From Callorhinchus milii (lineage: Eukaryota), in the NCBI RefSeq assembly GCF_018977255.1, contig NW_024704742.1, positions 92,816,001-92,880,000 of the forward strand: a DNA stretch of 64,000 bases. Reading direction: 5' to 3'. The notes beneath the pieces were generated by a model, which had not been told where the DNA came from, ran no database searches, and saw nothing but the letters and a program-made list of their open reading frames with translations. This document shows positions 1 to 13,779 of this stretch, piece by piece (the first letter of the stretch is position 1; each line of letters opens with the position of its first letter). A program made the translations under genes and the position numbers.

Positions 1-99
1 TAAAGTGTAGTGACTGTATTTTGTGGGTGAAAATAAACTGTGGACCAGGCTCTTTGGGCTGAATACTGCTGTTTCTATGATTCCTGATACCAAATTATC

Positions 100-225
100 C
101 AATAATGAGATGTCATGGCTGACTAAGGAGGTAAGAATAAAACTAAACTTAAGGAAAAAAGTATATGAAAATTACAAAATGGATAACTGTGAAGAAAACG
201 GAGGTGAATACAACAGTGTAGTCAT
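100..225 (+). mobile_element. Degenerate CR1 LINE ORF2 fragment
   Basis: Peptide SWLTKEVRIKLNLRKKVYENYK resembles the PWLT..K.KK..Y..YK linker region of CR1 ORF2. Confidence 0.45.
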
Positions 226-499
226 ATTGTGAGTCATACCTCCCGCTCTGCCCCTTCTGTCACTCTCTGCGCTGCTTCGTATGAGGAGACTGATCAGAAG
301 AGAGGTACAGCTGGGACGTAAAGGTGTTAACCATATCAGGGCCTCCCCTCAGACCTCAGCACCCTAGGACATGGCTTACCTGGCTTATTGGTTAATTCAG
401 CCTGATGGCAGGTACCAAGAACTCCCTGTGAGCTCAGCCTGAAATGTGTGAGGGCATTGCCACCATCTTACTGTCTGCAGCTCGGACACACAATCCTTC

Positions 500-1535
500 T
501 CGGTTGTTTTTCTGACTGGAGGAAAGTGTGCAGTGATGTCCCCCAGGGGTCAGTATTGGGACCACTGCTGTTTTTGATCTATATAAATGACCTGGACTTA
601 GGTGCAGGGAATACAAATTCCAAGGTTGCAGATGATACTAAGCTAGGAAAAGTAGTAAACAGTGAGGAGGATAGTAGCAGGCTGCAAATGGACATAGACA
701 GACTGCTAAAATGGGTAGACACGTGGCAGATGAAGTTTAATGTGGATAAATGCAAAGTGATACATTTTGGGAGGAAGAATTGGGAGAGAGAATATAATCT
801 AGATGGTACAATCATAAAGGGGGTGAAGGAACAGAGAGACCTGGGGGTGCATATAAGTAAATCTTTGAAGGTGGTAGGATAGGTAGATAAAGCTGTTAAA
901 AAAACATACGGGATACTAGGCTTTATATATAGGGGTTTAGAATACAAAAGTCAGGAAATTATGATGAACCTTTATAAAACACTGGTTAGGTCTCAGCTAC
1001 AGTACTGTGTTCAGTTCTGGGCACCACAAATTAGGAAGGATGTCAAGGCATTGGAGAGGGTGCAAAGGAGATTTACCAGGAATGAGGGACTTCAGTTATC
1101 AGGAGAGGCTAGGGAAGCTGGGATTATTCTCCATGGAGCAGAGAAGGTTAAGAGGAAACTTAGTAGAAGTTTTCAAAATTATGAGGGGATTCGATAGGGT
1201 GAACAAGGAGAAACTATTTCCACTGATGGGTGGGTCGGTGACCCAAGGGCACTGATTTAAAATAATTGTTAAAAGAAACAGAGGGGATGTGAGGAGAATT
1301 TTTTTCACACAGCACGTTATTCGGATCTGGAATGCCTCGTCTGAAAGGGTGGTTGGAAGCTGATTCGATAATAACTTTTAAGAGAAGTAGCTAATTATTT
1401 GGGGAGGACAAATTTACAGGGCTATGGGGAGAGTGGGGGAATGGGATTGAATTGGACAGCTCTTTACAAAGAGCCAGCACAGACACGATGGGCCGAATGG
1501 CCTCCTTCTGTGCTGTATAATTCTATGATTCCTAT
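500..1535 (+). mobile_element. 5'-truncated CR1 LINE (RT C-terminus and 3'UTR), frameshifted
   Basis: [77 protein letters not shown]. Ends in a CR1-type tail (gggccgaatggcctccttctgtgctgtataattctatgattc). Contains in-frame stops and frameshifts. Confidence 0.95.
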
Positions 1536-2353
1536 TGAGCGATGGTTCCACCAGTTGGTGGTGCGGAGTTTAAGCAGCTTCTGCTTACCTCTCTGCAAAC
1601 CAATACATCTCCATACAGAAACATTACCCGCCTTACTCTATTTGAATGACACATGTGATGCAATAATATTAATAATAGCCACTGAATAGTGATCATGGAG
1701 AAATTGGCCCAGAGTGTTCCACATTAGGAAGAATGCATTTAGGAGGACGCTGCAAGAGAAAATAGAGCAAAATGAAAATCAAAAGAAAATAATGTAACAT
1801 TTGAGACAGTTATTTTCAGTGTCGGAACTGAAGGCTCATCTGAGTCATCTTTTAAGTAACTGATATGTGCACAACTAGTCAATTGATTTAATTGTTTGTA
1901 TAAATCTGTTTAAATATATACCTTGGTATCTACTTTTTGCACTCAAACATCTGTTGCTATGGGGATAATTAGAGTACTGTATTAGCTTTAGCAGAGTGGG
2001 AAAAGCATCAAAGACAGATAGAAAAGCTATTATTCAAATCACTTTCAATTGTGTATTGTCATAGAACAATGGCGCTTTATTTTCGTTTCATAAGTATTTT
2101 CTGTCTTTCTTTTTTCCTGTTTTACATTTTCCCAGGTTCAGGACAAGAAGAAGGTACACAACCTGCTTCCAGGGGTCTGCCAAAAGCAAACTAAAATTAC
2201 GCGGAAGAAAGTGTGTGAGAGGGGCCTACAGACAGTTTTCTCTCCCTCTCCATGAGATTGAGATCTTAGTTTGGGGAGGATTCCATCACTTCCCTAAACT
2301 ATCCATTTAATCTCCAACACGCTGTGATAAGAGCACTTTCTTTTCAGAAGGAA

Positions 2354-2515
2354 AATAATAATAATAATCCTTGCATTTGATATAGCAACTTATCACATCT
2401 TCGAGATGTCTCAAAGTGCTTCACAGAATATACTGCAAAGTGAATTGACTGCATACTTTGTGGGTGAAACATGGTAGCCAATTACACACAGCGAAATGTC
2501 AACTGAATCACCAAT
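2354..2515 (-). mobile_element. tRNA-SINE 3' fragment
   Basis: Reverse complement of the SINE tail (aataataatccttgcatttgatatagc...ctcaaagtgcttcacagaata). Confidence 0.85.
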
Positions 2516-5419
2516 ATTCCTTTCCATTGGTTATGAAATAATGAAGAGCCCTTGCAATTCCCTCTTTAGGTTGTATTTAACATGGTTGGCACAACTCGCA
2601 AAATAGATTCTTATATGATTGAAGAAATCAAGAGAACTGCACCAATTTCAGTTGTTTATTGAAATGGTAATATCACTGGGAAAGTGAATCACTTAGCTCT
2701 GGCACTGCCTGCATCTTGAAGCCTGAAATATTTTCACTGATTCTTTCTCAGATTTTCCCTTTTCTCTTATGAATTATATCTTCCCTTTCATTGCCTAATG
2801 AAAACTCAACACTCTTAGGTCAGTTCATAATTGCTATTCTTTTTCACAAGAATGCAACAAGTCCTCACTTCTCCACCCTCTGACAAGCATACCATAAAAA
2901 CTGGTGAAATGTGAACAAATCTCTCTTCTTCCCTAACATTCTTTCTAGTCTTGTTAAATTTATGATAGCTGTGACCTGGCACTTACAGCCTGTTATGTCC
3001 CTCTTTATGTTATGATTTGATACGATACAGCTTTAGGTTGTTGCTCGTGTCTTGCAGTTTTATTGCTTCAGAAGATGTTAATAGTAATGGGGGGGAATTT
3101 GTGGTATAATTGTCATTGGTGATAATTATCAAATCACAGCAACCATTCTCCAGAAGGGTATTCAGCCTCAATTGATAGGTTGGAAGCGTATTCAGCCTCA
3201 AACCAATTGTTAAGTACAGTGCAGAGGCAATGGTAAATTTTGTACCTTGTGATTATCATCAGGATTACAGTGAATCCTGTGAAGCACTTTGAAACATTCT
3301 CCCAACACTATATCAAATGCAAGGATTTTTACTATTATTTGTGGTTGTTTTTCTCTTAACTAATGGGTTGAGGCTGAACACCCTCCAATTTCTGGAACAT
3401 GGTTTCTCTACAGCTGTTTCAGAGATGGGTCAGCACCATCTTAGATTTTTAACACCGACAGGAGGTTTTGTTGTTTTTCATTCTAGCCATTGGATTGGCT
3501 TTTCAACTGCATACTTTTAGTTTCAGAATTACTTTCAGATCAGTTTCCGGTGAGGAAATACAAAATCTGCATTTGCCCCAGCCCCGTTGAAGATTTTACA
3601 GATCGGCTCAATTGAATTCCACATCCAAAGTGATGTGAATCAGGCACACTTGTGTAATCAGGTGTAAGATGGACACCTGAATATGCTCAATTCAGGCATT
3701 TCTGGTTTAAATTGAATCAGTCTTCAAGAAGTATTGTACTGCTCTATAATCATGATTTTCTATCACATTGTAATTTTTCCACTATTGTAGCAGGAGCAGT
3801 TGCTGGTTTCAGCTGGTGTCATAGCAACAAATAATACATTCAGACCAGTTTCATTTTAAGAAAACCTGTATTTGAGACTTTTGAATCAAATTCAAAAGTC
3901 AAATTAACCCAAACGTTTGATCCTATTAAAAGCACCTTTCTCTAATTGTCAGAACTCTCTGTTTGCTTGTGTTTATAATAGGAATGCTTTCTGGTTTGAA
4001 TTGCCATGTAATCCTAAAAGTTACGGGGAAAGGTAACTAGTCAACTGCCACTGCCATTGTAACAGAGAAAAATCAAAAGGAATGAATTATAAAAGAGCAC
4101 AAAGAGAAACAGGGGAACTTGCATTTGTACAGTGTTTTTTCACATAGAAACATCCCAAAACGGCTTGGAGTAATTGCTGTCAAGTTTAATGACTGTTTAA
4201 ATTGCCCATCAGAAATAAAATAGCCCATAGAAGTCACTAATATATAGCACAAAACCATTGGGGAGGATCTAGGGTTAAAGGGGGCTGGTTGAGATCAGGA
4301 TTTGGCTGACTTGCTCTATCCCTCTGCCGGACTGCCAGTCAGTGGGAGAGCTGTGGGTGGTTGAAGATGGCAATGCGATTGGGAAACCATACATGTAAGT
4401 GACTCAGTTTTGGCTGATTGCAAAGTGATTGGGGAGGGCCTGTGAGCACCCTAGGCCCCCCATCGACTCCGCCACTGCCAAACCAGTTATTACCAATGAG
4501 GGAGCATTACTGGTTGGTACAACATCTATGTGGAATAATAGTCAGGCGAACAGTTTAATTACAGCTGTACAAACAGTCGGCTATTTTTCCTACTTGCACA
4601 TGTGTGTCATAAAATAACAACCAGGTGCTATTTAGCTTCATTCTTGATTTGCTTTGAGGTGACAAATGGAACTAAAAATCAAGTCGAAAATTGTTTTTTT
4701 CAATATATTTTACACTCAACTGACAGGAGCCATCACCTGTCACTGTGTGCCAGAGATGAGGGCATAATTAATAGTCTCCCTGATGTATGTTACTCCCTAA
4801 TATCACAGAAATAGTCAGTGAACCCAAAATGATTTGCCAATGTAACCCTTAGGTCTTGTTTTAATTACTATAACACAATGCTGCTGTTACCTGGTTAATT
4901 CTCTGTAGCCTTCTGCATCACTTGAGTACAAGGTCCAGGACTGATTGGCAGCCCGAGCAGTGCAAAGCTGCCTGAGGCTTTACCTACATAGTTCAATCAG
5001 TGTTAAAATTTGCACTGATCAACTGCAGTGAGCCCTGCAGCAACAAGCAGTGCTGCTGTTATAACCTGGAACAACAGGCTCCAATATCCGATTGCAGCAA
5101 CTTAGGAAAAGTGGCTCAAGACGAGGGTTGCTGATTTTAAAGATGTCACACTGCTTTGGGTTCCTAAAATGGACACCGGATTGTTTTGCAGACAGTTCAA
5201 GAAAGGTAAATAAAATCTTATTTTTACTATAAATCCTCGTGGCAGTTTTGCAGATGTCATCATTGAGAATGAGGTGGACTGGTGAGGATGTGTGTATCAG
5301 GATATGTTCAATTGAATAAATACCAAAGTGACCCCAATGTTTAACTGATTTAGAGATTTAAAAACATTTCTAAATCATCTTTTCTTCTTCAAGAACAATA
5401 TAAATATGTCAAGTCTATT

Positions 5420-5950
5420 TTATGTGGGGGATTGTTGTCCAGGACACTGAGAAAAGCTACCTTCTCTTTCTGAGTTCTGTCATGGTATCATTAACATCCA
5501 GCTAAGCGGGCAGACAGGACCTCAATTTTAAGTTTTATCCAAAGATCGGCACCACTGACAACTAGAAATTTGGATAGAAATTCCAACTTAGTTATAAAAT
5601 AATAATCATTGGATTTAATACAATGTTGTACCATCTCAAAGTGCTTCATATGATTCATAATAATAAAAAAAATAATTCTTGCATTTGGTATAGATTATTT
5701 TACATCAGGAGGACGCCTCATTACACTTCAAAGTTTTAGTAATTATATTTTGTAGGAGAACCTGGCAGCCTATTTGTACTCAAACAATTGTGAAGGTAAA
5801 TGACCAATTTTATTTGGGGGATTGTTGGCCAGCACACTAGGAGAAACTATCCCCTCTTTTCGAGTTGTACCATGGAATCATTAACATCGACCGAAGCAGG
5901 CAGATAAGACCTCAATTTGATGTTTTATCTGAGGATTGGAACCTCTGACA
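5420..5950 (-). mobile_element. Two degenerate Deu-domain SINE fragments
   Basis: Two related blocks (about 5420-5560 and 5670-5950) matching the reverse complement of the gatgagacgttaa...gatgttaaagatcccatggcacta core. Confidence 0.7.
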
Positions 5951-5954
5951 AATC

Positions 5955-6260
5955 AGGGCTCAGCAGTCGATTCATTGGGAGACAGGGAAACAGTGGAGTC
6001 CAGGGAGGATTGGGGTAATGGGTGAGAGGAATTTGGTGCAGGTGAGGAGCAGGCAACAAAGTTTAGGATTAGTTGTAGTTTATGGACAATGGATTTGGGG
6101 AGACCAGTGAGGAGTACATTTGAAAAGTTTGGACAGGATGTAACAAAAGCATACATAAGGGTTTTGTTGGAATTTGAAGAGATGATGGTAAAAATAGGCA
6201 CTGTGGCAAGGTGAAGACAACAACAACAAAATTACATTTGAATAGCGCCTTTCACACCCA
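5955..6260 (-). mobile_element. Degenerate L2 LINE 3' fragment(s)
   Basis: Minus-strand peptide TLMYAFVTSCPNFSNVLLTGLPKSIVHKLQLILN is homologous to the L2 ORF at about 31800 (TLVHAFVTSRLDYGNSLLAGLP...HKLQ). Confidence 0.8.
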
Positions 6261-6479
6261 ATCATTCTTGATTTATCCAAGGCTTCTCTCACATACCATC
6301 CATAAAGCAACATTTGCAGAGGCTGGAAAATAGGTAATCCATGTGCCCTATTAGTCAGGAAAGGTGTTTGGTGAAGGGTGCCTTTTGAGAAAAGGGAAAA
6401 ATAATTTGCCATTATATCAAAACAATATAAATATATGGCATGTGAATATATTGTCCTTATAACACTGGGGCGGTAGTCA

Positions 6480-6760
6480 ATCCTCACTCGGGGCAGTATT
6501 CACCTCTGGGTTTGAAGTTTGTGAGTTCAAACCCCACTCTGGGATTTGAATTCCCAAGTGTAGTCTGACTCTTCAGTACAGTACAGGAAGAAGTGTCATC
6601 TTATGGATATCCGAGAGGTTAAACAAAGGTCCTGTCTTCTGATTATTTAGGTGGACATTAAAGATCTTTTCACAACACTTTTTAAAAATGTTTTTCAAAA
6701 TTTGGTTATCTTATGACCATTTGTGAAACATTGCTGTTATTTTGCTTACAACAACAATAA
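6480..6760 (+). mobile_element. Degenerate Deu-domain tRNA-SINE
   Basis: B-box-like gtgagttcaaaccc followed by core gttaaacaaaggtcctgtc...aggtggacattaaagatc. Confidence 0.6.
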
Positions 6761-6914
6761 AATTACATTTGTATAACCCTTTTCACGTCGGGAGGAATTC
6801 CCAAGGCGCTTACAAAACAGATCACAATACTTGAGCGTAAGTACTGTAAAACTTTTTGAGATATTTCAAATGCAAAGGCATGAAGTGAAAAAATCAATTT
6901 TTCTTCCAGCACTT

Positions 6915-7185
6915 GTTAATACTGCTGTGTGAGGGTTTGGAGGTAGGGAGGTGCCAGTGTATAAAGTGCTTTGTGGGTGAATGAGGATCTTGAAATCAAC
7001 TGATCTGCAATAGGGAGCCAGTGGAGCCTGGCAAAGACCAGTGTGATGGGGGTGTGGAGTTTGGTACAGGTGAGGATATGGGCAGCAGAGTTTGGAATTA
7101 GTTGGGCTTTGTGAATGGCGGAGCTGGGGAAACCAGTGAGGAGGGCATTGGAAACCTTGAGGCAGATTGATAAGGAAAATCTCTC
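6915..7185 (-). mobile_element. L2 LINE fragment
   Basis: Minus-strand peptide SNALLTGFPSSAIHKAQLIPNSAAHILTCTKLHTPITLVFARLHWLPI, typical of the L2 ORF2 C-terminus. Confidence 0.88.
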
Positions 7186-7883
7186 CAATACAATGAACTG
7201 CAAAGGAGCTGCTGCAATATCTCATTGTACCACGAGGTGGAGGATGGTACAGTATTGAGCTGTGCAGCGAATTCCTTGTGATGTGTCAGTACTAGGTTCT
7301 CAACCAAGAGAAAGTGCATACAGTATTGTATTGGTTCTTGTGTCCTTGATTGTTGGGTATTAGACCGTCAACTGTTATAAACTGTAACTATATTTGTGCA
7401 CATTGCTTCATTTTAAAGATTATCTGCTGAAAATATTAACTTATTGGTAAATAACTCACTATAGGTTTCATTGTGTTGTGTTATACTCTGCCCTATATCT
7501 TTTTAAAATATTATAGAGGTTAGTTTGCAATCTGCAGAAACTTTTATTTGTTATACGTAACTCTCAGAATAGCAGTGACTGTAAGTTACTTTTTGTATTG
7601 CCAGCCCACACCATTATTTGGTCTGTTTTCTTTATAAGGGCAGAATCAATGTGAAAATGCAGAGTGGGCATTATTGTTTTATGCTGAATAACACTCAAAC
7701 TGGAAATAGTGGAAGCAAAGACTCCAAAGTAAATGCTAGTGACAAGCTAGTGAGTATTTGTAACCATTTCCCTCCCGAGTATCAAGGATCAGCAATGCTG
7801 AAGCATGTGATTATTGATAATCTTTGCTGAGGAGAAGAGCAGCTTTAACAGTACATGTATTTGACCGTTCACTGGTTAAACTA

Positions 7884-8235
7884 TAATAATAATAATCCTT
7901 GCATTTGATATAGCGCTTTATCACGTCATTGAGATGGCTCAAAGAGCTTCGCAAAATATACTCTAAAGTGAATTAACTGTATATTTTGTGGGCAAAACTG
8001 CATATATCCTCCACAGTCTTACCCCACCATACATACATCTGTGATTTCCTGTGGATCTTACCCTCTTCCCACCAACTCTCTCTCCTCAGCCAATTGTGGC
8101 CTTCTTTGTGCCCCCTGCCTGCTCCACCCCTCCATCGGTGAGCAAACTTTCATCCACTTTGTCCCCACCCTCTGGAATTCTCTTCTGATATCCTTCCATT
8201 TTGCGCCTTTTCTCTTTGTTTTTAACCCCCCCACC
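7884..8235. mobile_element. SINE 3' fragment (- strand, about 7884-8000) abutting an L2 3' fragment (+ strand, about 8000-8235)
   Basis: SINE tail reverse complement, then a peptide resembling L2 (PSIGEQTFIHFVPTLWNSL). Confidence 0.7.
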
Positions 8236-8869
8236 CCCGGCTGTCCTAGCTTGGACATCTGAGATCTGTGTTACAATTTCACAGAGGTTACAATTTAAGT
8301 CTTTTAAGGATTGCATACAACTCCCATAAGAATATCCTTATCTCCTATGAATTGGCACCTCTCTCTTGTAGCATTTGCTATGTTAATAGTGTACCTTTCG
8401 GGACTTGATAACTAATCTTTCACACTAATATATATTCACCTAGTCACCTGTGAAGCTTGCAGTCCCTTTCAGAAGTTGGAAGTATTACTCGGCAACAGAT
8501 GCCTTTTCCAGACTACATTTCTTTATAGGAAAAATATGTTTTGGGGAAAAGAGCAAAGGAAATAAAGGGAATGAATGGAGTAGAAGTACATCGGTACACA
8601 ATCATAATCTGACAAATATGTTATGAATTTCATTAACATTACTTATTTTATCTTGTGTCCTGCTTGCAGAAGCATTCTGTCTTGTGGGGCCCAATATTTA
8701 TCTTAAACTGAGGCTTAAATCCATTATCTTAATGTAAATTTGTGTTAACCACAATACCTGAAAAGAACTTTGGAAAATTGGCTTTCAAGTTGACTGAATT
8801 TAAGATTGTTTTCCAAAATGTCATACCTTAAATTTTAAGATAACGTCTTTAAAGCTCAGATCTTAAGAT

Positions 8870-9165
8870 TGGTAAATCAGTGACTAGAGGGCATCAATTT
8901 AAGATTGCTGCCAAATGAACAAATGGAGGAGAGGGTTTGGAGTTTTTTTTTCACACACACAGTAATTAGGATCTGGAACCTCCTGCTGGCAACAGTGATT
9001 GAGGCAGAATCCATATTAGCCTTTAAAAGGGAACTAGATAAATACATAAAAAGGAATTAACTACAGGGGTATGGGCAGGTAAATGGGATTGAAAGGATTC
9101 CTCTAAAGGAGCCGTTAATGGGCTGAATAGACACCTTCTGTGCTATAAATTTCTATGGTTCTAAC
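8870..9165 (+). mobile_element. CR1 LINE 3' end fragment
   Basis: Homologous to 1235-1530 (gtgactagagggcatc...gggctgaatagacaccttctgtgctataaatttctatggttcta). Confidence 0.85.
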
Positions 9166-9964
9166 TTAAGAATTTCACACCCCAGGTGTTCTCTGGATTC
9201 AAAAGTACATTTATCAGGAAAATAAGTTTCTAATTTATTAAATTGTTCACAATATATTGATTCTATGACAGGAATCAAGAATGATGGGGTTTAAAGCACC
9301 ATTAAAGTTGCAGCTATTTTCTTTGTTCCCCTGACAGATAAACCCTGTTATTAATAGCACACGAACATGAAAGTATGTTATTACCGCTTATTTTAAGTTT
9401 GGAGCACAGCGTCTTATAGGTTGTGTTGTGACTTTACACACATGAGCATAGTAATGCTGAAACCTTAATTAGCTGCTGTTGCTGACATGTAGCCTTTGGT
9501 GAAATATTTATTTATGGTCTATATTCTTGCTTAAGATAACCTTGGTTAAGGTTTTAAATACCAGGACCTCTATCCAACATAAAAGCATCTTCCTATGGAA
9601 ACTAAAAGTGAATGTTGCCCACTTGTTGCCAGATCAGTGTATCGATCATCACATAAATAGTTTTGTTTTATTTAATTCACTGTGGTTTTGAAGTAAGGAG
9701 GATGTCTCGCTTTAGGGAGAGAGTCTGCATTCTATTCCAGACTCAGGGCACCTGTGGAGCACTTTGGAGACATTTCAATATGATAAAGCATTATAAAATG
9801 CAAGCGCATCAAGTTAGTAAATACAGCTGTGGGATAATTTTAAGAGAGCAAAATGGCATACAGAAAGCTTAGTTTTTTTTCCGAAAGTACATTGACTGCC
9901 CCTATTATTAAGATGGGCCAAAGTTTCTTGGCATTGATGGGATGACGGCTACTTGCCACTAGGG

Positions 9965-10068
9965 GACAGTGCCTGGTAGGAGGTTAACAATTTAATCAAT
10001 AGAGTGGAGAGTGTACAGAGGACTTGGCATGAGGTCAGGAAGAAGCTGTAATAATTTGAAGCGTGAAG
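9965..10068 (+). pseudogene. Possible fossil of a Harbinger Myb/SANT-like DNA-binding ORF
   Basis: Reads DSAW*EVNNLINRVESVQRTWHEVRKK then, after a frameshift, CNNLKRE. Resembles the AW.EI...VN......RT..EVRKKW.DLK motif. Confidence 0.4.
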
Positions 10069-11174
10069 GTTAATTTCATATTCATCAAATGATGCCCAGA
10101 TTTCTCAATTAATACAGAATATCAAGCGCGGTCTGAACTTACCACAAAGATCATCACTCAATGCAAAAAATAATTGCTTGCAAGATTGTCTGTGTCACAC
10201 CAGTTGTGTGTGAACGTTTTCACTTTACAATTTAATATTTTCACTTTACAAATCACTGTGTGATGATTTAATCAGGTCAGTGTTCATTGGTGCCCCATTC
10301 GAACGTTGCAAAAATGCCCCACCTTTTGTTGGCCATTTGCTATACCTTCGGTAGGCTCCCTCCTATTCCAACTATCTCCTACTTGGGCTCCCACTCTGTC
10401 CTTGTGAAATGCTTTGAGATATCTTGCTACATAAAATGTGTCAGTTAAGTGCAAGTTGTTGTTGGAGGAGTAAAACAGCAGGTTGTGTTCTGCATTTGTT
10501 CAAGTCTGAATTGGATTGCCCATAAATACAGTCACTGTACTTAACAGTTGTTTGTAAAGCTGTTTAAGATCTGTCAGTTTTTCAGTGTTGGAGAAGTGAT
10601 TATCAATGCAAGGATTATTATTATTGTTGCATTAACAAACCCTTAACAGGCAGAATGAGGTGTTCTATCTCAGCCATTAGCATTATTGACCCCACAGAAC
10701 TGCACTTTTTACTTGGTATCCCTAGCCTTTGACAAACATCCCATATGCTCCATTTAACATAATACAAATGGTTTGAAACTAGACGTGCTAAATGCGATAA
10801 ATTCAGGGGAGGTAATTTACCTTCTTTGATGGGTGAACAATTTGTATTTTCTACTGGGCAGCAAATGTACTCCCTATCTTGATATCAACACTAATGAAGT
10901 CGCAAGAGGAAGACCATGCTAAAACAGTACATTTGGAGCTTGACAGGATTAGAGGGAAACGTTACCTAGGCGAAGAAGTAATGAGTTATAGCAGCATGGA
11001 AATAAGTTGACTCATGGTTGCCTCAGGGATCAATTTCCTTTCCTGTATCAAACATTACCATCGGACCTTTAATATGAACAATCAGACAAGACCTTGTTTA
11101 TACTGTCCAGACATGATTTGGAAGTCAGAAGAGAAACAACGGGGGTCAAATTTATGGTTCATGAGATATCTAGC

Positions 11175-11570
11175 ATATTGAATATCCCTTATCTACAATT
11201 ATTACTCCCTTCACTCCCTGGCACCTCCCTACCTCTCTGACCTCCTCACTCCCCAATCCACCAGCCACCGCCTCCACTCGACTGGCACCGGCCTCCTGCT
11301 CGTCCCTCGTACCCTCCGCTCCACCATTGGAGCTCATGCATTCAGCCACTACGTCTGGAAACTCTGGAACACTCTCCCTCAACCCTTTGCCTTGCCCCCT
11401 CTCTCCCTTTTTCAAGTCCCACCTAAAAACTTTCCTTTTCGACCGTGGTTACGGTCACCTCACCCCCCCCCCCCCCCCCCGGCTCGGAGTCAGGCTCCCC
11501 TACCATTAGCATTAGCATGCTACCCTGGTGGAGGGTGCTATATAAATGCAACTAGTTGTTGTTATTATGA
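11175..11570 (+). mobile_element. L2 LINE 3' fragment with tail
   Basis: Homologous to 31990-32470 (aaaactttccttttcgaccgtg...gggtgctatataaatgcaactagttgttgtt). Confidence 0.88.
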
Positions 11571-12934
11571 AAGTTGAAGAATCTGGGTCTGGGAAGATAA
11601 TTGGGAAGAAATTCTGCCTGGATCTATATTTACAATACAAAGTAAATACAAAATACATTTATATCAAGAGGATATCTCAAGGCGTGGGCAATTCTGGCTT
11701 GATACCCGAGCATGGGGTGGGAGCCGAGGAGGGTGGGGATTTGCTCTATTAGTGTAGCATTTTAGGGCATCCAGATTTTAGCAAATTCTTACATACAGCC
11801 TTGATCTTGCAGTCAGTTTTCTGTGATTCTGTCTATAAAAAGAATTGATAGAAAAACAGATTTCATAATTTAGGTGGTTTTTAAGAATTTGCAAGATTTT
11901 GAACACACTGAAATGTGTTAATAGAGTATATCTAGACCCAGGTGGGATTTCTTCAAATAAGTTAAACAGGGTCAAAAAAATTAGACTAAGTTAGAATGGA
12001 ATCAGCAGAAGAAGCAAGATGGACAGATTTAACTGCTTTACGGAGTTTGGTGAAAATATTGGAACAGACTATTTGAGGACATAGAGTGGACAAGTTGGGT
12101 GAATTCAGGAAGGAAGGAGCTGGATATTTTTTGGGAAAGACAGAGCTGAGATATGAGCATTCATATTTTTGAACTTTAGAGCCAGCTACATAGACTTCAA
12201 TGGTCTTTTCTATTCATGTGCAATCTTAATAAGTTCGTAAATAAAGATAAGAAAATTTGCAATAAAGAGAAAGAGCAAGAGTATCTGGAGGCAAGAGGTG
12301 AGAGAAAATTCACCAAGAATCATGGAAATTTACATCACACAAGGAGGCCGTTCAGTCAATTAAGTCTGCACTGGCTTAGTCTAAGCGCAAGGTGTTCATT
12401 CAATCACACTATTCTGCCTTACACCATACCCCTTTATGGCTCTTCCCTTCATATACCTGTCTAATATGGCAAAACAGTAAAAGAACAATTCTATATATTT
12501 TATATTTTTGTTGCATAATATTGGAAACTTTTTAATGCTGAAATTTCTTTCACAAATTTGTTGGGGCTGCAATTTCCTTTTTTTAATCTAATTTACATGT
12601 TTCATAAAAGACAAATCATCTTAATGCTTTTCATATATAGTATTCGATTCATGTTATGTTCATTATAAGGAGAATGATTGGAACTAACTGCCATCTTAAC
12701 AAATACTCAGAGACCTGCATACGACTGATAAGGACACATTAATTTCCACAACCTTTTCATTTCCTGAGTGTAACTGATGTCCTTTGGAAATGTGGTCAGA
12801 AATGTTTCAGGAAATATAATTAGCCAGAGAGAGTTGATCATCTCTCTGTCTGCTGTAGAAATATTTGTCTCAATCCCCAATTTAATCAGCACCGGTTATT
12901 GTTATAGATTGAAATGATGATGAATAACTCTTGT

Positions 12935-13280
12935 GGGCGAGTGGGCACAGACATCGTCTGGACCGCATAGATCCAAAAGTTACGGGTTTGATCCCTGGTT
13001 AGTGAGCTGATCTAAATCGGGGTCAGTAGTTGGGATGCCAATTGGTCTCAACTACTCTGGGATGGAGAGGAGAAAATCAATCAGATATCCTGGGACTAAT
13101 AGCTATCCAGAGGTTGTAAGATGGATTTGTATGAATGTCAGGTGAGGTTAGAATTGAGTTTGCTGTCCATGGTAGAATAGCCTGTCAACACTCAACACAA
13201 TTAAAGCTCATACATGAATAATGGTGAAAGGTGCCCAAAGAACTGTCTAATGTCCCCTGGAGGGTAAGTGGAGAAAAAAA
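12935..13280 (+). mobile_element. Old tRNA-SINE-like element of a different family
   Basis: B-box-like gggtttgatccctgg, body unrelated to the Deu SINEs, A-rich end. Resembles a recalled chondrichthyan SINE; family not verified. Confidence 0.4.
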
Positions 13281-13779
13281 AACAGCTTTTTAATATACAT
13301 AATATATATATACACACACACACACAATTATTGATGATTGGGCCAAAGTTTGTTGTGAACAGGTCAATCTTTGTCACTCAAACTTAATGCTTGCCCCTAA
13401 ATTACATCATCACAAGCACAATTAATTGGAAAATTAAGCCACTAACTGAAATGTTTCTCTTGCAGCTGGTAATAATAATCTTCACTAACAGAAAACATAC
13501 TAAATAGATTTAAAAAAACTGAGTCTTCACTAACAAAAATAAATTATTGCTGGTATTGAATCTGCAGCAGAGTTTGGGCAAATATTTTCCCCGTGTTGGG
13601 GGAGGAGGTTCACCTCTAAACCTATCATTAGAGACCGGTTTTAAGGACATTTTCTGACCATGTTGCTAATTATCAAATGTGGCAATCTTCCCCACACTCC
13701 AGATATGTGATAGAGTGGGTGTGCTTTAATAGTTGGATTGTGAATGGCCCCAAGTTTGAATGATATGTTAACTGCTTAC

